From Planctomycetota bacterium (GTDB lineage: Bacteria; Planctomycetota; UBA8108; UBA1146; JAJFFE01): a DNA stretch of 64,000 nucleotides. The DNA lies in assembly GCA_021776775.1 (NCBI GenBank), contig JAJFFE010000303.1:10342-74341 (forward strand), given 5' to 3'. The translations under genes were made by a program, and so were the position numbers. Each line of letters starts with the position of its first letter. Position 1 is the stretch's first letter. The notes beneath the pieces were generated by a model that worked only from the letters and a program-made list of their open reading frames with translations, did not search any database and was not told where the DNA came from. Positions 28,661 to 38,069 of this stretch are shown here, piece after piece.

Positions 28661-29197
28661 TTGCACCTCGAGTGCGTCTGTCCAGCAGGCCGAGGCAAGC
28701 CGAACAACACTACGTTCTCGGTATTGGCGAAGGGCATCGTCGTGGCAGTCGTGCTAGCCAACGTGAGTTTCGGTGCGCTCGTGTTTGGCCCGATCGGTTG
28801 GGGGTTGATGCTCTCGGTTTTCGTCGCGGAGTGGGTTCTTCTCACTTGGTTGACCACTCGCCGTCTCTTCAACCGCGACTCTCTCCGAGCCTCCATCGTG
28901 TCCAACTCTGTGAGTGGCATTATTGGCATTGCCTGGTCGACGCTCCACAACGGTGGCTGGTGGCTTGTTCTTTGGATTCCCTGGGTCAGCGGCAATGAGC
29001 TCGAGGGATCGGATCCATGGGGATTTTTCGCCTATTTCATTGTCGCTTGCTTTGTCAGCATTGGAGTCGAGTGCGTCGTCAACCTATGGATCCTCGGCAA
29101 GCACGGTCGAGAGTTGGTGATCTACGCGACGATCGTGGCCAATTTAGTGAGTTCGGTAGGGCTAGGCCTCTGCATCTTTCTGCTGGGGGCCAGCTGA
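28661..29197 (+). CDS. Hypothetical polytopic membrane protein (4-5 TM), low GC3
   Basis: Hydrophobic segments GIVVAVVLANVSFGALVFGPIGWGLMLSVFVAEWVLL, GIIGIAW, WWLVLWIPW, FFAYFIVACFVSIGVECVV and IVANLVSSVGLGLCIFLL. The start is uncertain (TTG 28661 or TTG 28724). Preferred over the overlapping minus ORF 28444..28995. Confidence 0.5.
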   Translation: MHLECVCPAGRGKPNNTTFSVLAKGIVVAVVLANVSFGALVFGPIGWGLMLSVFVAEWVLLTWLTTRRLFNRDSLRASIVSNSVSGIIGIAWSTLHNGGWWLVLWIPWVSGNELEGSDPWGFFAYFIVACFVSIGVECVVNLWILGKHGRELVIYATIVANLVSSVGLGLCIFLLGAS

Positions 29198-29555
29198 ATT
29201 CTCTTGGGCGGCTCGTCGCCCTCTGCTTCTGGAACGGTCACGTTGTCGGCGGAACCATCTCCGAAACACCCACTGTCGTCGTCCCGGGCAAACTCGAGCT
29301 CGTTAGGTAGCGCCCGTCTTCTTCGTCTTCATCCCACACTGCGCGAGCGACCGGACTCCGTCTGCGAAGGTGGGGTGGGTCGAGTGGTTACACCAATCGC
29401 CGTCGTCACGACGCACCGCGCGCTCTCCAGATGGCGCTGCGGTAGCCGAACTCCACCCAGGGCGTCCTCGCTTCGAATCCCTCCCATTGGTTGACCCCTC
29501 CGGCAGAGCTGCGGCATCATCTTCCAAACATCCACTGTCGTCAGCTGGAGGTCGC

Positions 29556-31421
29556 ATGTCGAAGTTCATGTTGGTTGCCCTGTTTTCGTTCGTCCTCGCT
29601 CCAGCCGTCGCGGCTCAATCGCTGCGTACCTCTCCGTTCGAGATGGTTCGCTTCAACGGTGAGTCGCCCGAGGTTCGCGTCGGCGGAGAGTGGTACGCGC
29701 CGCTGCGAATTGGCGACGTGGCGGTCGAGGAAGTGCTGCGTTTTCTCAAGAACGCCCACGGCTCTGCATGGGACAAACGGTTTTGCGAAGACCTTCCCGA
29801 GAACCTCGCCGCTATGGGCCACGCGCCGGGTGGAACCGTCGATCTGGTGCTTCGGAGTCTCGAATCGCAAAAGACGGTCACGAAGAAGGCCGTCGCACTC
29901 ACGGCGGAAAATCGCGCGAGGATTCTGCGCGCGCGTCCTCGGGTCGGCGGGGCGCGGCCCAGCGAGCCGCGTTCGTCATCGCCACGACGGGTCGACCGCA
30001 AGCATGGTCGCGGGGATCGCCGCTTCGACAATCTCACCTTGCGAGTGCACGACGAGACGTTCCTCGGCCCGCACATCTCTGCATTGGAGGCCGCGGAGGA
30101 TCTAGATGAACTCGAGTGGCATCTCGAAAACGAGTTCTCCTATCTGACGCGCACGAAGGTCCCGTATAGGAAGGCGCTCGACACTGTTCGTGCGAAGTTG
30201 GGCGATCGCATCGCGGTGACCGATTTCCACATTCAGCTGCGGAAGCTCGTGGCACTGTTCGGTGACGGCCACAGCCGCGTGGCGGGACTGATGCGCGCAT
30301 TGCCGGGTGAGAAGTTGCCGTGCCGACTCGCGGACGTCGGCGGAAGGTGGACCGTGCTGGACGCAGAGGGCCGCGGCTTGGTGGCCGACGGCTTCCCGTT
30401 CCTCGAGGCGATCGACGGCGTGCCCATGGAACGTTGGATCGAAGCGGCGACCCCGTTGGCACCGCGCGGTGCCCCGCAGTTGATCCGTTCGGATGTGACT
30501 CGCTGGCTGAGTTGGGTCGGCTACCTTCGCGGCCAGCTTGGGGTCGCGGTGTCCGACAATGTCACGTTGACGCTCGAGTCGCCGGGCGGCAAGTCGAAGA
30601 ACGTGGAACTGGAGCTCTCCAGTCGTCCCGCATTCTTCTCGATGCGCCTCGACCCGAAGCCGCGGGTGTTGGACGGCAACTTCGGGTACTTGCGGATTGC
30701 GGACATGGGTACGACGCCGGACGACTTGCGTCGCATGCACGACGCTATGGCGACGTTTCGAAACACGGCGGGACTCGTCATCGACGTGCGCGGGAACACC
30801 GGTGGCCGTCGCGACGCTCTGGTGCAGCTGTTCCCGTACTTCTTGGCGGAAGACGACCCTCCCTACATTGCCAACGTCGCTGCGTATCGTCTCCCTCCGG
30901 ACACGCGTGCCGATCCGGAGGGGTACTTAGGGAATCGATCGCTGTTTCCCGCGACCTCCACGCGTTGGACAGAGTCTGAGCGCAAGGCCATCGGCACGTT
31001 CGCCAAACGGTTCTCGCCAAAGTGGAAGCTCCCGAAGGGCAAGTTCAGCGACTGGCACTACATGATCTTGCGCCGCGAGGGGGCGCAGCTCTACCACTAC
31101 GATCGACCGGTTGTCGTTCTGCTGGATGAGGAGTGCTTCAGCGCGACGGACATCTTCCTGGGCGCGTTCTCTGGTCGCCGGAACGTGACACTCATGGGAG
31201 TGGCCAGTGGCGGCGGCAGTGGTCGCAGTCGAACCACGCGTCTGTCTCACAGCGACTTGATCGTGCGCCTGTCGAGCATGGCGTCATACCGGCCGAACGG
31301 TCGCCTGTACGAGGGCCGTGGAGTCGAGCCGGACGTGGTTGCGCGTCGCACGCTGAGCGATGCGCTAGGTAAGAGTGATTCGGTCTTGGAGAAGGCGATC
31401 AAACTTCTGCGGAAAAAGTGA
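29556..31421 (+). CDS. S41-family (tail-specific/C-terminal processing-like) peptidase, secreted
   Basis: ATG 29556 after GGAG. Signal peptide MSKFMLVALFSFVLAPAVAAQS. S41 motifs are ..LVIDVRGNTGGRRD.. and ..VVLLDEECFSATDIFLGAF... Confidence 0.75.
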   Translation: MSKFMLVALFSFVLAPAVAAQSLRTSPFEMVRFNGESPEVRVGGEWYAPLRIGDVAVEEVLRFLKNAHGSAWDKRFCEDLPENLAAMGHAPGGTVDLVLRSLESQKTVTKKAVALTAENRARILRARPRVGGARPSEPRSSSPRRVDRKHGRGDRRFDNLTLRVHDETFLGPHISALEAAEDLDELEWHLENEFSYLTRTKVPYRKALDTVRAKLGDRIAVTDFHIQLRKLVALFGDGHSRVAGLMRALPGEKLPCRLADVGGRWTVLDAEGRGLVADGFPFLEAIDGVPMERWIEAATPLAPRGAPQLIRSDVTRWLSWVGYLRGQLGVAVSDNVTLTLESPGGKSKNVELELSSRPAFFSMRLDPKPRVLDGNFGYLRIADMGTTPDDLRRMHDAMATFRNTAGLVIDVRGNTGGRRDALVQLFPYFLAEDDPPYIANVAAYRLPPDTRADPEGYLGNRSLFPATSTRWTESERKAIGTFAKRFSPKWKLPKGKFSDWHYMILRREGAQLYHYDRPVVVLLDEECFSATDIFLGAFSGRRNVTLMGVASGGGSGRSRTTRLSHSDLIVRLSSMASYRPNGRLYEGRGVEPDVVARRTLSDALGKSDSVLEKAIKLLRKK

Positions 31422-32226
31422 ACCGTTCATGGAGCCACGCTTGGAGTCGCGCGTAGAACTCTTCTTGCGCGTAGCGTTCGAGCCACGGGTAGTGGCCGCA
31501 CCGATCCCACTCGTGATATTCGAGTTCGGGAATGTACTGGAGCAGGCTGTCGCGGATAAGGCGCCCGGGGTGCGGATCGTCCTCGCCATGAAGCATGAGG
31601 ACCGGCGACTTGATTCGCTCGAACCGCTGCGGGTAAGTGCCATTTGCCTGCAGCCGGAGCATGTCGTTCCAGGTTTCTTGATGCCCGCGAGCGTCGCACC
31701 GTTCGAGTTCGATCTCGTCGGTGATCACTCGATGCGAGTACGCCTCCGTCAACGCGTGGCCGATGGCGCTCAATCGTTCGTCGGGATCGTCGAGTGCCTC
31801 GGCGAGTCCCCGCAACTTGTCTCCGAGTTGCTCGGTCAAACGAGCCTTGCGGCGTGCTTCGTACTCTTTGCGAGAGGGCGGGTCGAAGGTGCCGCACCCG
31901 ATCAGCGCGACGGGGCCGCACAGCGCAGGTTCTTCGGCCGCGAAGGCTAGCGCCAACATCGCACCCCACGAGGAGCCGAGGATTGCCGGCGGCCGACCGT
32001 CACCCTCAACGACGGTCTCGGCGATATCGCTCAGGTCTGCGATGTGACGGGCGACGGTGAGCGGTACCGCACCGGATCTGCGTTGAAATGGTTCAATCAC
32101 GCGGAAGTTCGCCGCGAGTTCGCGCGCGACCGGGGCCATAGTGCCGGGTGCGCCGGGGCCGCCGTGGAGCACGATGACGCGATGTCCGGATTCGCCATAG
32201 AGTCGAAGCGTCTCGGGGTAGTGCAC
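31399..32226 (-). CDS. Alpha/beta-fold hydrolase
   Basis: ..VIVLHGGPGAPG.. plus the nucleophile elbow GSSWG. 275 aa. The 3' end overlaps the S41 gene convergently by 23 nt. Confidence 0.75.
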   Translation of the reverse strand: MHYPETLRLYGESGHRVIVLHGGPGAPGTMAPVARELAANFRVIEPFQRRSGAVPLTVARHIADLSDIAETVVEGDGRPPAILGSSWGAMLALAFAAEEPALCGPVALIGCGTFDPPSRKEYEARRKARLTEQLGDKLRGLAEALDDPDERLSAIGHALTEAYSHRVITDEIELERCDARGHQETWNDMLRLQANGTYPQRFERIKSPVLMLHGEDDPHPGRLIRDSLLQYIPELEYHEWDRCGHYPWLERYAQEEFYARLQAWLHERFTFSAEV

Positions 32227-32407
32227 GGTGAGGCAACTCCTGGAACTTGGCCGCTTTGAATTCCGACTGCATCAATAGAAACGATGCCTGATCGAACAAC
32301 GAAAGGAAACCTTTTGATCGGTCTCGGCTCGACCGCGCTTTACCGGAATTTGGGCTCGGTCAGACCCTTTGACTATCTCGCGTATGGTGAACTGCCCAGT
32401 CGAAGGC

Positions 32408-32788
32408 TCACTCTGGAAACCGGACGTTCAGGTCGGGGAACTTCTCTTTCATGAACTGTAAGGCCAACACGGTGTGGCAGCGCTCGACGTCCGGTTGCTT
32501 CTTCGTCGGACAGTTGCAGCCGATGGAGACTCGCTCGGCTCTTGCGGCGTCGGCGAGGGCGTCGAACGGCGTGCGGTCCGACGTCCAACGCTGTTCGAGA
32601 AGTTGAAGGTACTCACCCTTGAACGCGGCCCAGCCGGCAGGGCTGTTGATCGACAACGCAACTTCGACGAGTTCGGACGTCGGGCGCAGGCAGTGCCGGG
32701 TGTGCTTGCGCGTGTCGACGCGTGTGCCGTCGGGAAGCGGGTCGTCAGCCTCCCGCTTGCCACGTACTATTCGGTACCGGCCGAGCAT
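32408..32788 (-). CDS. Small conserved protein, DUF488-like (tentative)
   Basis: 126 aa. ..RPTSELVE...GWAAFKGEYLQLLEQ.. and ..IGCNCP....CHTVLALQFMKEKF.. resemble the DUF488 pattern. Starts 3 nt after the stop of the dehydratase gene. Confidence 0.4.
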   Translation of the reverse strand: MLGRYRIVRGKREADDPLPDGTRVDTRKHTRHCLRPTSELVEVALSINSPAGWAAFKGEYLQLLEQRWTSDRTPFDALADAARAERVSIGCNCPTKKQPDVERCHTVLALQFMKEKFPDLNVRFPE

Positions 32789-32791
32789 GCG

Positions 32792-33745
32792 TCACTCCTC
32801 GAGCTGATGGCTCCAGTGGTCGATCAGGCCAGCGTTCACGCCAGCGCCTCCGCATACCATGACGAGTACGCGACCGCCCGCCGCAGCGATCGGCAGGCCT
32901 CCGTAGACTACGGAGAGGGCTGCGCCGCAGGCGGGCTCGACCCACTCGCCGTAGTCTTCATGGAACAGTCGGCACGCGCGCAGCGCCATGGTGTCCGTCA
33001 CGGTGACCGACTCTACCGGGTGCAGGCGCGACCAGTCGAGCGCTTTGGCAGCAACTGTACGGGCACCCAGCGAGCTGGCGATCGAGGTGATCGCGTCGAG
33101 CGTCTTTAGCTCATCGCTCGCCAGGGAGAGCGCGAAGGATGCGGCGCCTTCGGTTTCCACCGCGACGACCGGGACGTCCGTCCAACCGACACTTCGCATG
33201 CCTTCGACGACGCCACACAAGAGGCCTCCTCCTCCGACCGCGACGATCACGGCCGACGGCGGTGTGGTGCCGCGTGAAGTAGCAGAGTCGACATCTTCGG
33301 TGATGATCGAGGCGTGGCCGCGCCAGATTTCGGGATCGTCGAACGGGTGGACGTAGGCAGCGTTCTTTGACCTTCTTTGGACTTGCAGCGCGTGCTCATG
33401 AGCCTCGTCCCACGAGTCGCCGTGCTCGACAACTTCAGCCCGTTCGGCGCGCAGCTTGGCTCGCATGAACTCCGGCGTGGTCGAAGGCACGACGACCGTC
33501 ACGGCCAAGTCGAGTTGTTGCCCTGCGTAGGCGACGGCGAGCCCGGCGTTTCCTCCCGACGACGCAATCAGCGACGTTGCACCGTTCGCGGCCTGAGCTT
33601 GGGCGAGACGTCCAACGCCTCGGATCTTGAAGGAGCGAATCGGCTGTTCGAATTCCATCTTTAGCTCGACCGAGTTCCCGACGCGTTCGGAGAGCATCGC
33701 GGAGTGGACGAGCGACGTCTTGCGATGAAGCGGTCGCACCTTCAT
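32792..33745 (-). CDS. PLP-dependent serine/threonine dehydratase-family enzyme
   Basis: PLP-lysine motif ..IRSFKIRG.., ..SSGGNAGLAVAYAG.. and the Gly-rich loop ..AVGGGGLLCG... 317 aa. Confidence 0.8.
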   Translation of the reverse strand: MKVRPLHRKTSLVHSAMLSERVGNSVELKMEFEQPIRSFKIRGVGRLAQAQAANGATSLIASSGGNAGLAVAYAGQQLDLAVTVVVPSTTPEFMRAKLRAERAEVVEHGDSWDEAHEHALQVQRRSKNAAYVHPFDDPEIWRGHASIITEDVDSATSRGTTPPSAVIVAVGGGGLLCGVVEGMRSVGWTDVPVVAVETEGAASFALSLASDELKTLDAITSIASSLGARTVAAKALDWSRLHPVESVTVTDTMALRACRLFHEDYGEWVEPACGAALSVVYGGLPIAAAGGRVLVMVCGGAGVNAGLIDHWSHQLEE

Positions 33746-34317
33746 TGGGCTCCGGACATTTCACGTAGCAGCCACGCTTTCGCGAGATGCCAATCTTGTT
33801 TTACGGTCGATAGAGAGACAGAGAGCACTCGCGCTACTTCTTCGTGTTCTAGCCCGGCGAAGTAGCGAAGCTCGACGACTCTGGCGCGCCGCTCGCTAGT
33901 TTTCGCGAGTTTCGTCAACGCGTCGTCGAGTGCGACGATGTCACTCGGGTCCGCCGAGTCGCTCACCTTCGACTCTGCGTCGAGCGGGCGACGTCGCCAT
34001 CCGCCGCCTCGCTTCTGCCGTCCGTGAGACCTCCCGTGTTGAACGAGAATGCGGCGCATCGCCGTGGCGGCAACTACATAGAAGTGAGCACGGTCTTGCC
34101 ACTCGATGGAGTCGAGATCGACGATTTTTAGATAGGCCTCGTGCACGAGAGCCGTCGGGTCGAGAGTGTGGTCGCTTCGTTCGCCGGACATGAATCGACG
34201 TGCCAGCTGCTTCAACTCTTCGTAGACGTGAGACAAGAGTGGCGTCATGGCCTCTGCGTCGCCGGATCGAGCGCGTTGCAGGAGTTGTGTGATGTCCGAA
34301 CGGGGTTCGCCAGTCAT
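33742..34317 (-). CDS. ECF-type sigma-70 factor (ECF subfamily often found next to Ser/Thr kinases)
   Basis: ..DITQLLQRARSGDAEAMTPLLSHVYEELKQLARRFM..TLDPTALVHEAYLKI..W.DRAHFY.. plus a region-4 HTH ..FAGLEHEEVARVLSVSLSTVKQDW.. Its stop overlaps the dehydratase ATG (ATGA). Confidence 0.8.
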   Translation of the reverse strand: MTGEPRSDITQLLQRARSGDAEAMTPLLSHVYEELKQLARRFMSGERSDHTLDPTALVHEAYLKIVDLDSIEWQDRAHFYVVAATAMRRILVQHGRSHGRQKRGGGWRRRPLDAESKVSDSADPSDIVALDDALTKLAKTSERRARVVELRYFAGLEHEEVARVLSVSLSTVKQDWHLAKAWLLREMSGAQ

Positions 34318-34391
34318 GTCGCTTATGTTACCCCAGGGCTTGTCAACATCGTCTTGCTTACCACGAGCCGTAGCCAGCGTCGTTCGACGGC

Positions 34392-35105
34392 TCAGTCGTT
34401 CTTCAACATGTTTCGAAGGCGCTTGACCGCGCGCGAGTGTCGGGCCCGTGCCGCTTCCTCGGAGATCTCGAGGATGCGCGCGGCTTCGGGATATCCGCGA
34501 TCGTCGTAATCGATCAGCACGATGATCGTTCGGTCAGCTAGTGACAACTGCTCGAAGCACTCTCCAACGCGGTGCGACGTCTCCCGCTTCATGGCGTGAA
34601 GCGACGGGCTCGTGACATCCGCGGCGAGTCGGTCGAGCGGAGCAGCGCGACCCGCGATCTCCGAAGCCGGGCTCGGGTTGGGCGATTCGCGGTCGACATC
34701 GCGTTTCTTCGCCGACTCACGCTCGATCGCGCGGGCGAGGTTGAAATCTGCAAGTGTGTTCATGAACTTGCGAAAGGCCGGTAGCCCGCGGTTCTCGAAT
34801 CGCTCTCTCAGCGAGATGAACTCTACTGCGGTATGCTGGACAATGTCGCTCGCCCCGATTCTGGCCCGGAACTTGTCCGGAAGTCGTCCTTCGACTCGTC
34901 TGAGGAGGCGCGGAACTTCGACGTCGACGAGCCGGTGGAGCGCGCTCTGATCGCCGGCTTCGAATCGGTCGAGAAGCTGCTCGGCCGCTTCGTCTCGTTG
35001 TTCTCGCGGTGATTGACCCACGTTGTTGTTTCTCCTCGTGCGAGGACGTTCGACCGGGCAGTCGGTCGTGTCGCGCCCCCGGTGCGGCTCTCGCTGTGAC
35101 TGCAA
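34392..35105 (-). CDS. ECF sigma-70 family RNA polymerase sigma factor
   Basis: Region 2-like ..SDIVQHTAVEFI.. and region 4 ..LSLADRTIIVLIDYDDRGYPEAARILEISEEAARARHSRAVKRLR.. The N-terminal extent is uncertain. Confidence 0.7.
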   Translation of the reverse strand: MQSQREPHRGRDTTDCPVERPRTRRNNNVGQSPREQRDEAAEQLLDRFEAGDQSALHRLVDVEVPRLLRRVEGRLPDKFRARIGASDIVQHTAVEFISLRERFENRGLPAFRKFMNTLADFNLARAIERESAKKRDVDRESPNPSPASEIAGRAAPLDRLAADVTSPSLHAMKRETSHRVGECFEQLSLADRTIIVLIDYDDRGYPEAARILEISEEAARARHSRAVKRLRNMLKND

Positions 35106-35196
35106 TTCTAACAGTGACTCGAGATTTCGATGATTCCGTTCATCGCCGATTCAGACAACCCCCGGCTTTCGCGGTGGATTCGCGAGCGGCGGTGTC

Positions 35197-38052
35197 ATGT
35201 CTGATCGTGGTCTGACCCCGCAGCCCGACCGCCTCGAGAGCGTCTATCGAGAGCTGATGGACGGGCGGAGCCAGGGGTGGGAGGAATTTCGTCGAACGCG
35301 GCCGGAACTCGCGGCGGCTCTCGAGCGTGCCCAAGGTGTTGCGGCAGAAGCGACTGCCCCGGCGGTTTCGGACACCTTTTGCGATCGCCTGGCATCGCTT
35401 TACGGTGGCGAGACTGCGTGCGACTGGGCTCCGACCGCCGCGCGAGATGGATCCGCGACAGTCGCTGACGACGTCGGGGCTCCTCGCTACCGGATTCTCT
35501 CCGAAGTCGCACGTGGCGGAATGGGCATTGTGTTCGAGGTGCTGGACCTAGACCTGGACCGTGTCTTGGCCATGAAGGTCATCCAAGAGCAGTACGGGCA
35601 GCGCTCGGCAGGGTCGACCACGGCCACGTCAGCGTCGCTGGTTCGGCGCTTTCTCCGTGAAGCGAAGGTCACCGCTCAGCTCGATCATCCCGGTGTGGTA
35701 CCCGTCTACGACGTCGGCCTTCATCCGGATGGTTGCGTCTACTTCACCATGCGCCTGGTGCACGGAGACGACCTGCGAGACATCTTGGCGGCGGTGGCGG
35801 CCGGCGGTGACGGGTGGACGACCGGGCGGGTCGTCGACGTGTTGTTGAAAGTGTGCGATACCGTCGCGTTTTGCCATGATCGCGGCGTGATCCATCGCGA
35901 TCTGAAGCCGGCGAATATTCGCGTTGGCCGGTACGGCGAAGTGTATGTGATGGATTGGGGTTTGGCGCGCTTCCTGGATCGTGACGATGTCGAGGTCGAC
36001 GTTGCCGATCCCCCCGTCGGGGATAGCGACGCGTTGCAAACTCTCGAAGGACAGGTGCTCGGAACTCCGGCGTACATGTCTCCGGAGCAGGCGCAAGGCC
36101 TTCGCGATGCCATCGGCCCGACCACTGATGTCTACGCGATCGGGGCGATGCTCTACACCTTGCTCGCTGGGACCCCGCCGTACTTCGGAGGAACCGAGGC
36201 CCCGCGGTCGAGCGGTGTGCTCGAAGAGCTGTCGTCCGGTCCTCCGCGTTCGTTGCGTGAGATCGAAGTGCGAGAGTCGGAGCGTCTCATCGATATCTGC
36301 GAGCGGGCCATGGCGCGAGACTCGAGTGACCGGTACGCGTCGGTGCAAGAGTTGGCGGATGCACTGCGCGCCCATCGCGAACTCGAGCGAGAGGCTCTTC
36401 GTGACGCGGAGTTTGCCCGCGCCGACGCCGCCCGATCGCGCCGGGTTTCCGGATTCTTGGTCGGCCTGTTCGGCGCACTCGATCCGAACGAGCGACACGG
36501 AGGGACGGTCAACGTCGAATCCATGTTGGAGCGGGGAAGTCGCAATCTCGAGCGAGACTTCGCCGACGATCCTCTGGTGCGCGCGGCGATCGAACGAACG
36601 TTGGGAACGATACATCACCAGCTCGGGCGAATGGAAGACGCCGAGCGGCTCTTCGAGAGTGCGTTGCGGTTGCACGAGAGTTCGCCACTGAACGACGACC
36701 TCGATGAGGCAGAGACGCTTCACGAACTCGCCAATGTGTACGCGGATTCGAACCGTCTTTCCGAAGCCCGCAACGCGTACGAACGGGCGTTGGAGATTCG
36801 GCAGCGTCGACTCGGCGATCGCCATGAACTCGTCACCGAAACTCAGCTCGAGTTGTCCGTGGTCGTGATGCAACTCGGCGATCCGGTGGCCGCGGAGGCG
36901 TTGTGTCGCCAGGCGGTATCGGTCCTCGAGGGCTCGCTCGAGAGCGACAATCCCGACATGGGAAAGGCGTATCACAACTTGGGGTTCGTGCTCGCCGCGA
37001 ATGGTCGCCCCCGCGAGGGCATTCCGTACTTGAGCCAAGCGCTCGAGATCTGGGAGTCGGCGCTCGGCGACCACATGTCGACGGCGAGTTGCATGAATAC
37101 TCTGTCTCGCGCTCACTCCGACGTTGGCGATCACGTCGAATCACGAGCGTTGGCGCTTCGGGGGCTGGCCATGCGTAAGCGGCTGCTCGATGAAGATCAT
37201 CCGATGGTGGCGTCTTCCTTGCAGAACCTCGCCACTCAAGAGTACGAGCGCGGGCGCTATCGCGAAGCCGCCACGCGGTCGCAGGCGGCGTTGGAGATTC
37301 GTCGTCGTCGCTTCGCCGAAGACCACCCCGACGTTTCCGTTGCGAAGAGTATGCTCGCGAACGCTCTACGCGCTCTGGGGAAGTGGCAAGAAGCGATTGC
37401 GCTGCAGCGAGAAGTGGTCGAAGCGCGGGAGCGCGTGCTCGACCCGGGGCACCGTGGCTTGGCGGTCTCTTGGCACAACTTGGGTGTCTCACTCCAGTCT
37501 CTGGGAGAACTCGCCGAAGCAGAGGAGCTGCTTCGCAAGGCGCTCGCGCACCGGCGTCAGAACCTTGCCGTACGACACCCTGAGGTGGCCATCAACTTGA
37601 CGGCTCTCGCGCAGCTCTTGATCGAGCGGTATCGCGTCGAGGGCGCGGAGTCTGCTGACTCTGACCGCGATCTACTCGACGGGCCCTCTCGTGACGCACT
37701 CCTTGAGGAAGCGGCGCATTGTGTAGACGAGTCTTTCTCGATTCGACGAGAACTTCTCGATGGTCATCACCTGGTGCTCGCTTCTTCGTTTCACGCTCGA
37801 GGGCTTGTCGAAGCGGCGCGTGGTCGGCTGGGCGAGGCGCGCGATGCGTTTCGAGAGGCCGCTGAACGTCGCGAGCGCGAAGATCATCAACCGGCGTTGG
37901 GTGAGAGCCTTCTCTGCTGGGCGGAGCTCGAGCGAGACAGCGATCCTGCGGTGGCCGGGGATCTCGCCACTCGGGCCATCGACGCACTCACGCGGGAATT
38001 GTCCGATGACCATCCGTTCGTGTTGCGGGCGCGGCGTATCCTCGAGAAGTAG
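35197..38052 (+). CDS. Ser/Thr protein kinase with C-terminal TPR array
   Basis: Hanks kinase motifs (..GGMGIVFEV..AMKV.., HRDLKPANI, DWGLA, GTPAYMSPE) followed by ~10 TPR-like units (..LHELANVYADSNRLSEARNAYERALEI..). Confidence 0.9.
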   Translation: MSDRGLTPQPDRLESVYRELMDGRSQGWEEFRRTRPELAAALERAQGVAAEATAPAVSDTFCDRLASLYGGETACDWAPTAARDGSATVADDVGAPRYRILSEVARGGMGIVFEVLDLDLDRVLAMKVIQEQYGQRSAGSTTATSASLVRRFLREAKVTAQLDHPGVVPVYDVGLHPDGCVYFTMRLVHGDDLRDILAAVAAGGDGWTTGRVVDVLLKVCDTVAFCHDRGVIHRDLKPANIRVGRYGEVYVMDWGLARFLDRDDVEVDVADPPVGDSDALQTLEGQVLGTPAYMSPEQAQGLRDAIGPTTDVYAIGAMLYTLLAGTPPYFGGTEAPRSSGVLEELSSGPPRSLREIEVRESERLIDICERAMARDSSDRYASVQELADALRAHRELEREALRDAEFARADAARSRRVSGFLVGLFGALDPNERHGGTVNVESMLERGSRNLERDFADDPLVRAAIERTLGTIHHQLGRMEDAERLFESALRLHESSPLNDDLDEAETLHELANVYADSNRLSEARNAYERALEIRQRRLGDRHELVTETQLELSVVVMQLGDPVAAEALCRQAVSVLEGSLESDNPDMGKAYHNLGFVLAANGRPREGIPYLSQALEIWESALGDHMSTASCMNTLSRAHSDVGDHVESRALALRGLAMRKRLLDEDHPMVASSLQNLATQEYERGRYREAATRSQAALEIRRRRFAEDHPDVSVAKSMLANALRALGKWQEAIALQREVVEARERVLDPGHRGLAVSWHNLGVSLQSLGELAEAEELLRKALAHRRQNLAVRHPEVAINLTALAQLLIERYRVEGAESADSDRDLLDGPSRDALLEEAAHCVDESFSIRRELLDGHHLVLASSFHARGLVEAARGRLGEARDAFREAAERREREDHQPALGESLLCWAELERDSDPAVAGDLATRAIDALTRELSDDHPFVLRARRILEK

Positions 38053-38069
38053 GAGCGAACCGCCCGACG

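Noticed and set aside
28444-28995. 183-aa minus-strand ORF overlapping the membrane ORF 28661..29197
   Set aside because: It is polar and Arg-rich with no signal or motif. The plus-strand frame gives coherent TM helices. Only one of the two can reasonably be real.
35106-35196. ECF-type promoter (GGAAC-N16-17-CGTC-like) in the sigma/kinase divergent spacer
   Set aside because: Only a weak GAAC..N16..CGAG match on the minus strand was found, which is not convincing without a position-weight model or transcription start data.
35629-37134. 501-aa ORF antisense to the Ser/Thr kinase-TPR gene
   Set aside because: It is fully contained in, and antisense to, a gene with unambiguous kinase and TPR motifs. 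Its composition is that of a mirror-frame artefact.
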